A stretch of 64,000 bases of DNA from Trichosphaerium sp. ATCC 40318 (lineage: Eukaryota; Protista; Tubulinea), in the NCBI GenBank assembly GCA_038496445.1, contig JALMLS010000075.1, forward strand, positions 1 to 64,000. Direction: 5' to 3'. A program made the position numbers and the translations under genes. Within the stretch, counting starts at the first letter, position 1. Every line of letters starts with the position of its first letter. Positions 1 through 11,901 of the stretch are shown piece after piece. The notes under the pieces are model-generated. The model was not told the origin of the DNA and did no database searches. It worked only from the letters and a program-made list of their open reading frames with translations.

Positions 1-20
1 TTTGCGAGAATTACATTGGA

Positions 21-76
21 GATTTTTGTGATAATTCACCCCGTGATTTTTGTGATAATTCACCCCGTGATTTTTG
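21..76. repeat. 24-bp tandem repeat (GATTTTTGTGATAATTCACCCCGT, ~2.3 copies)
   Basis: Identical units at 21-44 and 45-68, partial third unit from 69. Confidence 0.9.
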
Positions 77-676
77 GATGAAATTGGCCAATAATGAGGT
101 CTAAAATTCTTGAGATTTTTGGGGGTGATTATTGCTATTTTTACACTTTTCATTTTAGTACTGAAATGAAATGCCATATTAATCCAAGCACAAAAATGCC
201 TTTGGCATTTCTGCACCTACTCGCGATGGCCTGTACAGGACGATATTCGGCGAATAAAAATCACATAGTTTTTTATACTAAGAATTTCGTGTATATGAGA
301 AGTATATATACATATTTTTTTACCAAAAAAAAGCCAATTTCAAACTCAAAATTGTTTACATCTATATAACTCATCACTATGAATACCTACAAATGACTTA
401 TTGCTTTTACCATGTTTACATGGCTTAATAACATATATGTACACATATAAAGTACTTAAAAATACATTTGTAAATGCAGCCTCCAAACGCAACTATATGG
501 TAAAAATATCTCCAAATTTGAAAAAAAAAAAGTTTGCATGTCGCTCACGGGCCATGTAGTGCATGAATATCATTTTCGATGCTGCACATCATAATAATAC
601 ATGCCTGTGCCTAGCGGCACAGCCATGAAAGTAGCAAAATCTAATAATATCAAAAAAGTAGGCTTTTAGGTAATCT

Positions 677-955
677 TAACCCTAATTGGCTTTTAGGTAT
701 AACCCTAATTGTTATTTTTGTATATTAGGGCTAGGTTTGTAATACTAATTACAATCTGTAACTTAGGGTTAGGGTTAGGGTTGCAGCCCTAATGATTGCA
801 ATATTCTATTGTTGACTAAAGTTCAAGTTTACTTGTGACCTTTCTATTAGGGCTGGGTTAGGTTTACAACCCTATGTTGCATTAGGAGTTAGGGAACGCT
901 TGGAGATATGGACTTAGTGAAAATATTTGATTGTAGGACTAGGGTTTAGGGTTTG
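677..955. repeat. Degenerate telomere-like TTAGGG/CCCTAA repeats in both orientations
   Basis: TAACCCTAA at ~677 and ~700; (TTAGGG)3 at ~763-780; further TTAGG(G)/TTTAGGG variants to ~955. Confidence 0.7.
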
Positions 956-1251
956 TGATACATGAATTAGCGGTGGATTTATTTTTTTACAACTTCATTA
1001 GGTTATTGATAATTGAGTTGGCTTTTTTATTCTACTTAATTGCATCAATAGGATATTGTTTGTTAATTAACATTTTTAAAATATTGCACATTTTGTATTT
1101 ACTTATCATTTGGGTACATTGCAAAGCTATGTGACAACATAAAGTTTATATTAATTTTTTTATTCAACACAACAATACAAGCTTTTACAAATAACCTTTT
1201 GAAGTTAACTTTAACCTTGTGTAACATTATTTATTTAATACAAACTTTAAA

Positions 1252-3316
1252 TTATGTAGAGCCAGCTTCAACTGCAACCTCTGCTACATCACCTTCTTGT
1301 TTTAACTCATCGACTGCATCATTCTCTACAGCATCAACTTTTTCTTGTTCCTTCAAAAATTATTAGATGACCAAGCAAACAACGCTAAATAACAGATTTC
1401 TATTCACGTACCAATGCGGGATGAGGAGCATCAGGGTCTGTGTGGATAGGAATAGTTTTTGGGACCTAGTACCATATTAGTTGTTGCTCTACCAATCATA
1501 CAACTGAGTGTACATCATCTTTTAGTTGTGTAGTCCAACCAAGAATATGTAGAGGTGCTTGGAGTGTCAACGATGTACCAAAACGGGTTACAAGTTGTAC
1601 AACCAACTCAAAGCGTCTTACAATATGTTTTCCACCAAGTATAGTTGTTGGTAGTTCTGATGGCGTATCAATCTAGTCATAAAGTTAACTACAAAGGAAG
1701 CAAATAGTGGCAAAAGGAGTAAAAAAAAAAAAAAAGAAATACCATCAAGTCCTTGTCGAAAGTGGTACCGCCTTTAACCAGTGCCATTTCTTCATGTACT
1801 TCGGCTGAGATGACCTATTGGTTATGGTAAGTACATACTCAAGTTCAATGCTGTGTGCTTACAGTGGCCTTTCTAGGGAAAGTTTGTCCCTGTGCTGCAA
1901 AAATGACATGTTCATCCACTTTGATGTTTATTGTGTCAACTTGCCTACCACCAAAAAGTCAAACCCCACCGCGTTTCATTAACAAACAAAAAATGCATAC
2001 ATACCGCTTTGATTTGTTGTCAATGTGTAGTTTCATTGCCACACGTTGACCTGGAAATAGTACACCTCCATTAGCGATCGATAAACGGGCTTCCATAGCC
2101 GCTCCTAAATATTTGAGTAAATTGCCAGTTGCCGGGTAAACAATTGCAATGGCTATTTGACGCACCAGCCATCAAAAATCTCTTTGAGCCTTTTACTGTA
2201 TGTGGCGGCTATACACAAAGATTAATGTCACACCAACTTCTCGAATGGGCTACGCGTACTTGAATGACGATTTTTGGGTCAAATGACTCGATTACCCTGA
2301 AGAATGACTGCTTTGATGCAAGTTGCTTAAGCTCCGATTTTTCCTAAAATGCCATGTTATTTTACATAAAATCAAGATCAACATACGCCTGGAATCAACT
2401 CAATGTTTGCAATAGCAGAATACCTAATGTAGGATGGGTTGCCATCGAGAATACGAGGAATCCAACTTCCAGCAGTCTAAAAACAAAAAAAAGTCAGAAA
2501 CAACTACATGCAAAAAGTGCATACCATGTGACGTGAGTCTTGAAGGTCTCGCTCTTCATAAGAACCTGGTAAACCATCCGGAAGGTTCCACTTACGCAAT
2601 GAGTAAGTAAAGTGCGTGTGACGCGAGTTTGGCATGCGAAAATATAATTGGCGATGAGCCAGCCTTTCCAAAAACAAAAAAACCCAAAATTAAAAACTTT
2701 CAAAGACCCGATAATATTTTCTCCAACCCCTTGTTGGATTATACAACAATTGAAAGCGTACAGAGAAATTGTAGGTGTAGGTTCCAGGAGGGAACGGTTT
2801 GTCTTGTTCCGCAACGTCGTCGCCTGTTTTAATAACGTATGAGTAAAAACAACAAAGTTTTGAACGCGTTTGGGTTACCCGTGTTAGAATTTGGCCACAA
2901 CTGCTGGACCTCTTCGAAAAGATTTCGCGTAGCCGTCACTCTGTTTGATGGCGTTTGAGAAACACCATGATACCAGTTAACGAATTCTGTGCCGTCCCTT
3001 TGATAGTTTTAATGTCAGTAAACAACCCCACGATAAGCGTCAAAGACTATTAGTTAGCTAGCGCGGTGTTACACGGTCAGCTAACTGATCGTTTTGACAA
3101 GCTAACGAATCTTTGGGAAAAGCTTACCATTTGATGTTTATGCTTTTTACTTGCACCTCCTCTTGTACCACTAGTACTACAACACCGTGCATCGTTTTGC
3201 CAGACACGACACCGCTTGGATGCTCCAACCCCAAAAAAACTACACACGAGACACGTTAACAGCTAAAGACAACGTTTTCAAAGCTAAAGGGTACCATAAT
3301 TCTGCAATACGCTCAT
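1252..3316 (-). CDS. Arrestin-domain (alpha-arrestin-like) protein, multi-exon
   Basis: Spliced peptides GKTMHGVVVLVVQEEVQVKSINIKW, DGTEFVNW, PFPPGTYTYNFS, WNLPDGLPGSYE, SYIRYSAIANIE (arrestin N) and LFPGQRVAMKLHIDNKSKR, TPSELPTT (arrestin C). Confidence 0.85.
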
Positions 3317-3660
3317 GCTTTTGCTATTGTTATCGCTTAACAGAAATAAAAATCGAACAAAAAACTTGCGATATTTCTGATGGCATTTTTTTTACTCAAA
3401 TAAGTTAGGTGTATCCTATATCACGATTAAACTGTGACTGCCTGATACCTATTGTATACCAACGAATAAAGGGCAACAATACGTGTAACCAAAGTTGTTT
3501 CAAAAACGATAGTTTAAGGTTCAATATACGTAGCTGCCACGAAAAAAAAACCACGTATTGCACAGCTTGCAGCTATGCACTTCTTAAATGGTTTGTATCA
3601 GTTCCCACAGTTGATGCTCATAGTGATACCAGCCACGTGATTTATCATATTCTTTTTTTT

Positions 3661-4158
3661 TTACAAATATTTATTTGAAACGCACGTATCGTGGTTACTT
3701 ATCCGGATAGACAAGTAAGAACCATCACCGTTACAGCAATATAAAGTTGGTGTTTGTTTCAAGCCATATGAGGGTTTAAAATCATCTACGAATAGCTGTA
3801 CACGAATACTGTGTCTCTTTTGTATGATGGTAGTGCAGCGTAGATAAAATTCTATGTCTAATTTGTACAGTCTGTCTGCCTGCTCTAATACAGCCACACA
3901 TGGTTTCTCTGTCAGTTCCACATAAGAACAATCGCTTGTGCAGTAGTCCAAAAGATACATAGCAACATGAGTTTCAGGCTGTGAACTGGCAACGTAGAAG
4001 CTACCGGTAACTGAGGGATGTATTTGAACGGATGTATGGAATTCTGGACTCTGTAATGCGACCACTTCTGCTGCTCGCAGTTCTGGAAAGTAAGGTGATG
4101 ATTGTTGGGGTTCTGGTTTAATAGGATAGTGACATAGTTGTGGGTGGTGCGCAAACAT
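3661..4158 (-). CDS. Hypothetical protein (165-aa ORF; 3' end may be spliced)
   Basis: ATG-initiated ORF with globular composition; no family recognised. Confidence 0.5.
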   Translation of the reverse strand: MFAHHPQLCHYPIKPEPQQSSPYFPELRAAEVVALQSPEFHTSVQIHPSVTGSFYVASSQPETHVAMYLLDYCTSDCSYVELTEKPCVAVLEQADRLYKLDIEFYLRCTTIIQKRHSIRVQLFVDDFKPSYGLKQTPTLYCCNGDGSYLSIRISNHDTCVSNKYL

Positions 4159-4870
4159 TAGAGGTGTTGGTAAGGTCTATTCGGTTTGCTTTTTTTTGAA
4201 AATGCGAAACTTAGTAAAATTCACTGGACGTCAAAAATCAGATATTGCGTTCCGTGTATTTCCGTGAATACACAACTACGTAAATTCAGGTTGTCAGGTT
4301 GTAAATCTTCAGTTTGGGTTCATCGCTGAAGGACACAGCAAGCCATGTAGATTGGGATTTAAAAAAAAACCAGAGGGAAAGATCAACGCAGAAACCGCAT
4401 TGCCAATCTATTGCAGATTCAAATTATGGACTACTGCTAGCCAATTAAAACCCGTATCTCCAGTTGACAACCGTAAACCAAAAAGAAAACTTGGCACGTG
4501 CCATTTTGGAATTTTCATCAGTGAATTCAATAACGAATCACTTCGTCAGTGTAACAATGGACCAATAGTGGCCACAAACGCCGAAAACTAACTCACAAAG
4601 CTAGTGACAATAATTTTGGAGTTGCTAAGCATCTACAATGCAGATTTACCTACCGGAAAGCTAAATGATACCGTAACCTTCGCATTTTGTAGAGTTACGT
4701 ACCTATATTATTCCACATTAACAAAGAAGTCTTCCCCACCTCTCAAAGGTAAAATAATTTTTATTATTATTTGTTCAATTGCATTTGTTGTTATTATATC
4801 TACATAACGATAATACAATACTTGTATATTACACTATGTAACGCATGTAATAAAAAAAATATAACATGCA

Positions 4871-7800
4871 CTACATGAATAGCTTTACAGCTGGGATATC
4901 AGAAGCGACACCATGCATACCAGTGTCTTTTAACACCCCAAAGTTCCATATTTGGTTAATCACCTCGCCATTTCTCATAGTTAACTCACCCTGACCATGG
5001 CGCTGGTCATGTACCCAAGTGCCCTTAAACGTGCTATAAAACCATAAGTTAGTATGGACACGAAAAAGAAGCTGCATGGATAACATATCCTGTCTTGTGG
5101 TGAAGTGTACCTCTTGTGTCTCTTCGATTTGTAAACACCTTCTCCATGACGCTATTAAAAACCAATGTAAGCAATGTGACTACAACAGCATACAATATGA
5201 CTTACCAAATCATTCTGCCAGTCACCAGTGTAGGTTCCGTTCTTATCTCTAAAACGACCGCGACCATGTCGCAAGCTATTTTGCCACTGGCCATCGTATT
5301 CAGTACCGTACGTAGTGGTAAAGGTACCTTTACCATTAAACTAAACGATGTAAACAAATGCAAAAGAAAAAAAATTGCTAAAAAAAACTCTGTTGTACCT
5401 TATCTCGACTCCAATTACCAACATATTTATTCCCAGATTTGAACGTCATGGTACCAGTGCCCTATTAATTATTAAGAACGGCTCTACATGTCCGCTATGT
5501 GTCAGAGCTGAAACATACCTCTCGGAAATCGTTGTGATGCATCCCTTCGTAAACACTACCATCAGTGCCTACCCATCGACCTTCACCAAAGAACTGCGCT
5601 TTATGTCAACGCAAAACAAAGTTGAACGTGTTTGTTTGATCGTACTCTGTCCGTGTGCCAATTTCCTTCATACTGCTCGCCATTAGCAGCTTTCCACACA
5701 CCATACTTTTCTTTTTTATCATTCGCAAAGTGTCCTTCATACACACCTTCAGGCGTAGTCAGTTTGCCCTTGCCACTTTGCTACACCAATATGTTAACCA
5801 TACAAAAAGAAAAAAAAGGACTGTACCTTGTCACTTAGCCAGTCACCAGTGTAAACCCATTCATTGCCCATCTTCAGTGTACCTTTTCCGTGACGTAAAC
5901 CTTGGCTAAACTCGCCAACATATACAACCACTTCATTGTTACTTGTGAGGGTTCCCTTACCATGCACCTACTTTCATTTAACAACAGCCAAGCGTACAAA
6001 ATCACCAAGAAAAAAAACATACAACGTCATTTTTCCATTCGCCCTCATAGACATCACCAGAACTATATTTCATCACGCCTCTGGCCTCTTTCTTATCATT
6101 GCGCCAATTACCAACATAAATATCTCCGTTGGTCGCTACAAACTCGCCATTACCATTGCGCATGTTGTCCTTCCAGTGACCTTTGTAACTCGATCTTCCA
6201 TCAACGGATAACCATACGCCATACCCGGACATTTTGTTATTTAACCAATCGCCGTTGTATGTGTCTCCGTTACCCCATTTAAATTTTCCTTTACCTTGTT
6301 TTTGGCCCACAACCCACGACCCCTAATAGTGACAACAAAGTTAGCATTTTTTTCTTTGATTTAAATTGCTAACGTACTCTGTATTGTGCGCCATCTATAT
6401 TAGTAAAAGTACCCATACCATGCTGAAAGCCTTTCTCCCAAGTACCTATGTTGAAATAAGCAATATAGAGGTGCGACTAAATTTTACCTTTGAAAATAGA
6501 GCCGTCGCTGTACATCATCACACCCTTGCCATGGAATTTACCAGACACCCACTCACCATCATATGTGCTATCTTGTGCACTAACACAGCGACCACGACCA
6601 TGTTGTTGTCCTTCACAAAAATCACCTGTAGCGCTTGTTAATACTAGTGTTAAAACAACAGTACATGCCTGTGTAGGTGGATCCATCTTCGTATGTATAG
6701 GTAATGTCTTTGCGCAAACTATAATCGCCTTGCACCTTCAAAGCCGCTAGGCATTCTTCAATACTTTTTTGTAATGCTTCTTGCCAACTATAGAATGTCA
6801 AGCACGCTCAAAAGTATTCCAAAATAAGAAAAGAAAATATTGGTAATTACGTACAGAGTCTTCTGTGCGGCACTGTCAAAGAAAACAATATACCATCGCT
6901 CAGGGGTCACAAGTTGTATACGCGTATCACTGCCCGCTTAAGAAAAAAACAGGGTTAGGACTTCAAACAGTCACTTGTTTTAAGACTTACGTAATCCACC
7001 TGTTGCAGCCATTGGGTCCATTGCAGCAAGTATGCCACTCTTTTTTACATTTGCTAGCCACAACCACGTGAGATCTAGATTTGCTAATCTGTCTACACGA
7101 TCTAAAATAGGATATTTCTCTCCCTTTGCCCTGGCACGCGCAAAAACAAGTCTATCGTGAAACAATACACCGGCAATATATTTTTCTTCTTTGCCAAGTA
7201 CTTTCACTTGCATTGGTCCTTCCATTAGCAACAAGCGCCCAGGTGTCTCAAAATCCTGCAAAACTCAGAAACAATCCAAAAAACAATCTTAGTACATACC
7301 GTTATACCCAAGAACTTTTTAGATAGCTGCTGCATCTTCTTTTTACTCTGGGCAAGCTTAACACCGTGGTTAACATCGTTGTTTGTGGCGATGATCCCAT
7401 CTATGGCAGTACGAAGGTAGCTTGTATCTGGATGCCCTTCAGGTGTTGCTTTTAACAGGTTCTCCAATAGAAGGGAATAACGGGTGAGTCTGTTAAAAAA
7501 AATATATTAGACAAAAAAAAAACCTACAATGCCTGTTCGCACCTCTGTACGGGCGTTATAAGAACGCTCATTAACTTAGACGGCGAATCAACCTCGAGTT
7601 GGTGTACCCGTTTCTGTTACAAATAAGAATTATAATAATTTTGAGTAATACAAAAGCAAGTTAGAGTGGTGTAATGAACGTACTTGTAAAAAACTACGTA
7701 GTGAATTTTTCTTATTTAAAAGACGATTGTAAAACTCAACTGCTTCATCATAATTACAGCAATAGCTTTTGTACATTATCAACAAATTCGCTCTGCTAGC

Positions 7801-9590
7801 AAAAAGATCACCAAGGCAAGAGTTAGCATCCCAGCGACTTAAACGCCTTTCAATTTCTACAAATAGGAAGGTTATTAATACAACATGTTTGTGTTAAACA
7901 CACTAAACAAAAAAAAAAACATACCAGCAAGCAGTACCCTGTGGAAATCACGAATTTCTACAATGTTCACAAATAACTTATAAATCTCTTCTGAGGATAG
8001 TACGCCATCGCTCTCATCTATGATATGCTTTTGAAATAGTCAGCACAATCACAACAACAAAAATGGTAGCCCAAGCACAATCACAACAACAAAAATGGTA
8101 GCCCAATTGCTATGCTAAACTTACCACACAAAGTTTGTCAAGCTTGTTAAAGTAATTCCTTTCTGAAGAATAAATTTCTTGAGCCACCATATCTCTTTTA
8201 CTCCTCTTTCCCGTAGAGCTATCCTAACACATAATTAGGGCATAAGTCTTTTGGCAACATAAAAGAACGTACTCTAGGAGAAAGTACAGGTGGTATTCCG
8301 TTCGCTAGAGACAGCGCCTCCGGTCTGGTGCGCCGTTTCGTTTTTGGGGACAGGGCTGGCACTTCGGGTGGAATTTCGCGATAATTTGATCTTGCAGAAA
8401 GCGCAGAAACAGAAGCAGAATGCTCCTCTGCTCTGCGAGGTCGCCTAGACGGCTTTCTTTCCGTTTTTCTGCTCCCAAACTTCTTAACGTTAAAACGCTG
8501 ACCCATGCTCCGTGTGCTCCTTGATCGCGCTGGTGTCTTTGGTAGAGGTTTGGGGGAATCTGGACACTTCAAAGAGTCTGCAGAAACGTACAAACCAGTA
8601 CGGTCGGCACTTCGTTCGGTACTCAAGCTATTACCTCGAGGATTTCGCGGTGATTTGACTCGTTTTCTGTAGTGCACGTAATCGGCAAACATTTGAGCTA
8701 GTACTTCACTCTTGGCCCTGTGGTACAGTCGAGAAGATACTACACGATTCACAACATCTCGGTTGATCTGTTTTAGTGTATCCCGTTCCATAGAGATCTC
8801 TTGTATCGATCCTGGTGCCACAAACATTTTATAAACGCGCAATGCCTTATTGTACTGTCCGTGGCTATCTGCAACGCTCATGCCTTCAAACTCTAGTATT
8901 GCTTTGTAGAACGAAAAGACATTGTCTCGACCAACTGCAAGCAGGTAATCTTTGAATCCACCAAGTTTTCCATCGTTCAACAATGATTGAAACTCGATAA
9001 AGCGCTTTTCGTCGGATGGCACAGAGAAACGCGAGATGCCTGATTGGTCTTGTGAATGCTTTGTTGTGGTTTTCACTGTTGGAACAGCAGAGGCACCGCG
9101 TGTGGAACGTGGTGCAGCTCTTATGCCCCTTGGTAGGCTTTGTAGTGATTTTTTCGAAAGGGTCCATCCACTTGGGGCTGATGTGCTGTTGTTACTGCCA
9201 ACAAACTCGCGTTGTTGCTATGTAAACAGTAAATTTTGTTTGAACTGACAACTAAATAAAACAAAAAAATTTTGGCTGTGCATACAAAAAATGTTCAAGA
9301 AACGCTTGCAAATACCCGCTAGCGAAACAACCAAATTTGTGGGTTTTGCTTATTATTTTGGAAATTTATTTATTTAAAATAGGTGTCAAAAACCAAAAAG
9401 CCAAGTACGCGCATACCGTTGGACTAAGGGCTCTATCTCCTGCTATTCGTCTACCGTCTCTTCTGGTGCAAGTCTAAAAATTGTTGATTTAGCAAATATC
9501 GAGTTTGAAACAACACTAAAGGGGATTTGTGCGAACCTCTCCGTTTTTGAGGTGTGAGGGTCTGTTCACAGTGAACCATGTCGCATCTTG
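4871..9590 (-). CDS. RGS + RhoGEF (DH) + PH + MORN-repeat protein (start approximate)
   Basis: RGS: FKDYLLAVGRDNVFSFYKAILEF...VYKMFVAPGSIQEISM; DH: VAQEIYSSERNY, LITPVQR-LTRYSLLLENLLKATPEGHPD; PH: GRLLLMEGPMQV; many MORN repeats, e.g. GDTYNGDWLNNKMSGYG. Confidence 0.88.
8042..8105. repeat. 32-bp perfect tandem duplication in an intron
   Basis: AGCACAATCACAACAACAAAAATGGTAGCCCA x2. Confidence 0.9.
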
Positions 9591-10068
9591 CTAAACCGTT
9601 GTTAGTTTTTTAATGTTCTGAGAGCATTTGGACTTGAGTGGCAGCGAAACATGCTGGAGGGGCCACCAAGACGGAAAACCAAAAAAAAACAAAAAAAAAC
9701 TTGGTACACAAAAAACAAGTCGGTTTTAATCGGTGGTTGTAGCTTTGAGATACGAAAACCGATTAAACAATGGATTTGAAATTGAAAAACGTAAAACCGC
9801 TGGTTAGAACTAAAAATGGTATCTGGAGCATCGTACATGAGCCGACATGAGCTAGCGGCAGTACTATGAAGAGTACCACTCGTAAATTCAATAGCCCAAA
9901 TAATTGGCTGGTTAGATTCCGCGTGCGTAATTAAGTTCGCTCAGAGCTACAACAGGGTGCCGCCCAACTTGGTTTGGTTTATTCCGCCGTTTGTGGTTGT
10001 TTGAAGCTTGCGTGAAGTTAGTTGACCCCACGAAAAAAAAAAAATTTGGATTAGGGCACCAAACACAC

Positions 10069-11901
10069 ATGGAACCCAAGCCAAGTAGTGGTACTACTAC
10101 GGATGAGCCAACCGTGGAGGTGGTAAACGAACCAGAGGCTGAGGTACAGTTATAACAACAAAATAATTTAATAATGTCATTTGGTTTTAAAAGTAACGTA
10201 TTTACTTACAAATGGCTAGGAGACACCTTCGAGTACAGGTTAGTAATTAACGAACATTGCCCCACCTTGTAAACATAGTTTTAAGGTACATGGTCTGGTT
10301 GGTTTGCAAGCGTAGGGGTGCCGGCGGATGTGGTCGCTGCAGCTACGATGGTATCAGGTGCAAGCTATGAACTCGGTAAAAAGGCTACACAAAAGGCGGC
10401 AGAGCTAGGTATGGCTTTTATCACCACGTATTTTGTCAAACCACGTTTTAATTTTGGTTCGCGTAGCGACGAACCTGGCTGAGGCAATGGACCCAGAAAC
10501 CGATGAAGAAACAATAGATGCAACCGAGTTAAACACGACAGGTGATTTTTTAGAAAGCCCGAACGACAAAACAAAAGAAAAACAAACAAATAATTTTTTT
10601 GCAAGGTCCAACCGGAGAACTAGCGCCAGAAGAAGACGTACGCGTTTTATTTATTTTTTTTTTTCAAAATGTCTCCAATTTAGTAACACAATTTGTCAAA
10701 TGTCATCATCTCTTTTATCTAACTACATCCGCAGATAATCATCAAAACTATTGATAGCGCAGTGGAAACAGGCGCTTCAGTTTTTCGTTCAGGTGCCACG
10801 TTGCTCATGGTACGTACTATTTTAACCTAAACAGACTCCTGCATTGACACAACAACATAGCAAAGCGTAAACACATTGAAGGAGACAGAGTTGGGTAAAC
10901 AAGCGCATAAAGTAGCTGTACAATCTGGTCGCTATGCAAACCAAAGTTTGCTCAATCTAGAGACTACATTGGACAATATTTTCTCACCTGTACAATTAAT
11001 TACTTATTGTTTCAAGTACCTGACGTAATCGCTTTAAGGAGCAAAGTGGCAGTACATCGACACAAGCAAAAAAGCCAGAAAAGGCATCTCGATTTAATAC
11101 AATGTTTGAAGATAGCAACGGAACTGTTCACCTAGATGCACTTGAAGCTATATCCATACAATGTGTTTTGGACTATCAAGCAGCGGTAAAAAATGCTACG
11201 GATGATGAAGTAGAAGAGTACGAACGTGCGTTACACGATGCTCTTTTGTTGTTCTTCGTGGGTTATAAAAGTTATTTTTTGCAATTTTTATTTTCTTTGG
11301 TCATTGGTTGATAAATTGTATTCATTCGATTTTGATTTTAGATCTTATCAAAATCATCCAAGAAGCTTATGACCGCGATGATGAAGAAGTACCTGATGAT
11401 TTGCCAGAAGTTGATACTGCACGTGTTTCAAACACAAAAACGTTTTGTCTAATTTCTTTGAGTTAGGGCAACAAAGTAAAAGCACAAAGAGCTAGGTTAG
11501 AGCAATGCGTATCTGATAGTACAATTGTGGCTAATGCAGGTTGAATAATTATTAAAAACGAGAGAAAAGGCGTACTATTTTTAATTTTATCCTGACCATT
11601 CAACACATACCTAGAAGAGGCTAAAGCAAACACAAATTCTGCAGAAGATATTCTCAAGGTTGTAGCAACACATCAAAAACTATTGTAAGTTCGCTAAATA
11701 CTCCATGTTTTTGACAATATTGTTAGGAGTGACTCTTGTACCTACCGTTTGGCAAGCATGAGTTCTCTTTCTGTGGAGCTGTTACTCCGCCTTACAGAGT
11801 ATTTCCGTACTAATAGTGCCAAAGAAAGGGTACAGCGTTAGCTAAGCATATTGAACAAAAAAATTAATGCTTCTATCAAGTAATGGACTACGCTACGTTT
11901 T
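10069..11901 (+). CDS. FAM114/Noxp20 (DUF719)-like protein, 5' and middle exons; lacks its 3' exons in this orientation
   Basis: Spliced MEPKPSS...GTWSGWFAS...RFNTMFEDSNGTVHLDALEAISIQC (FAM114 core like F-x-x-x-x-G-x-x-HLEALE); homology to the second copy stops at 11901. Confidence 0.7.

Noticed and set aside
21-76. CRISPR-like array
   Set aside because: The repeat units are directly adjacent with no spacers, and the context is eukaryotic.
5040-5110. Suspected non-canonical intron in the last MORN exons
   Set aside because: A normal AG|GTAC...TAG intron restores the frame (HKSTFKGTW).
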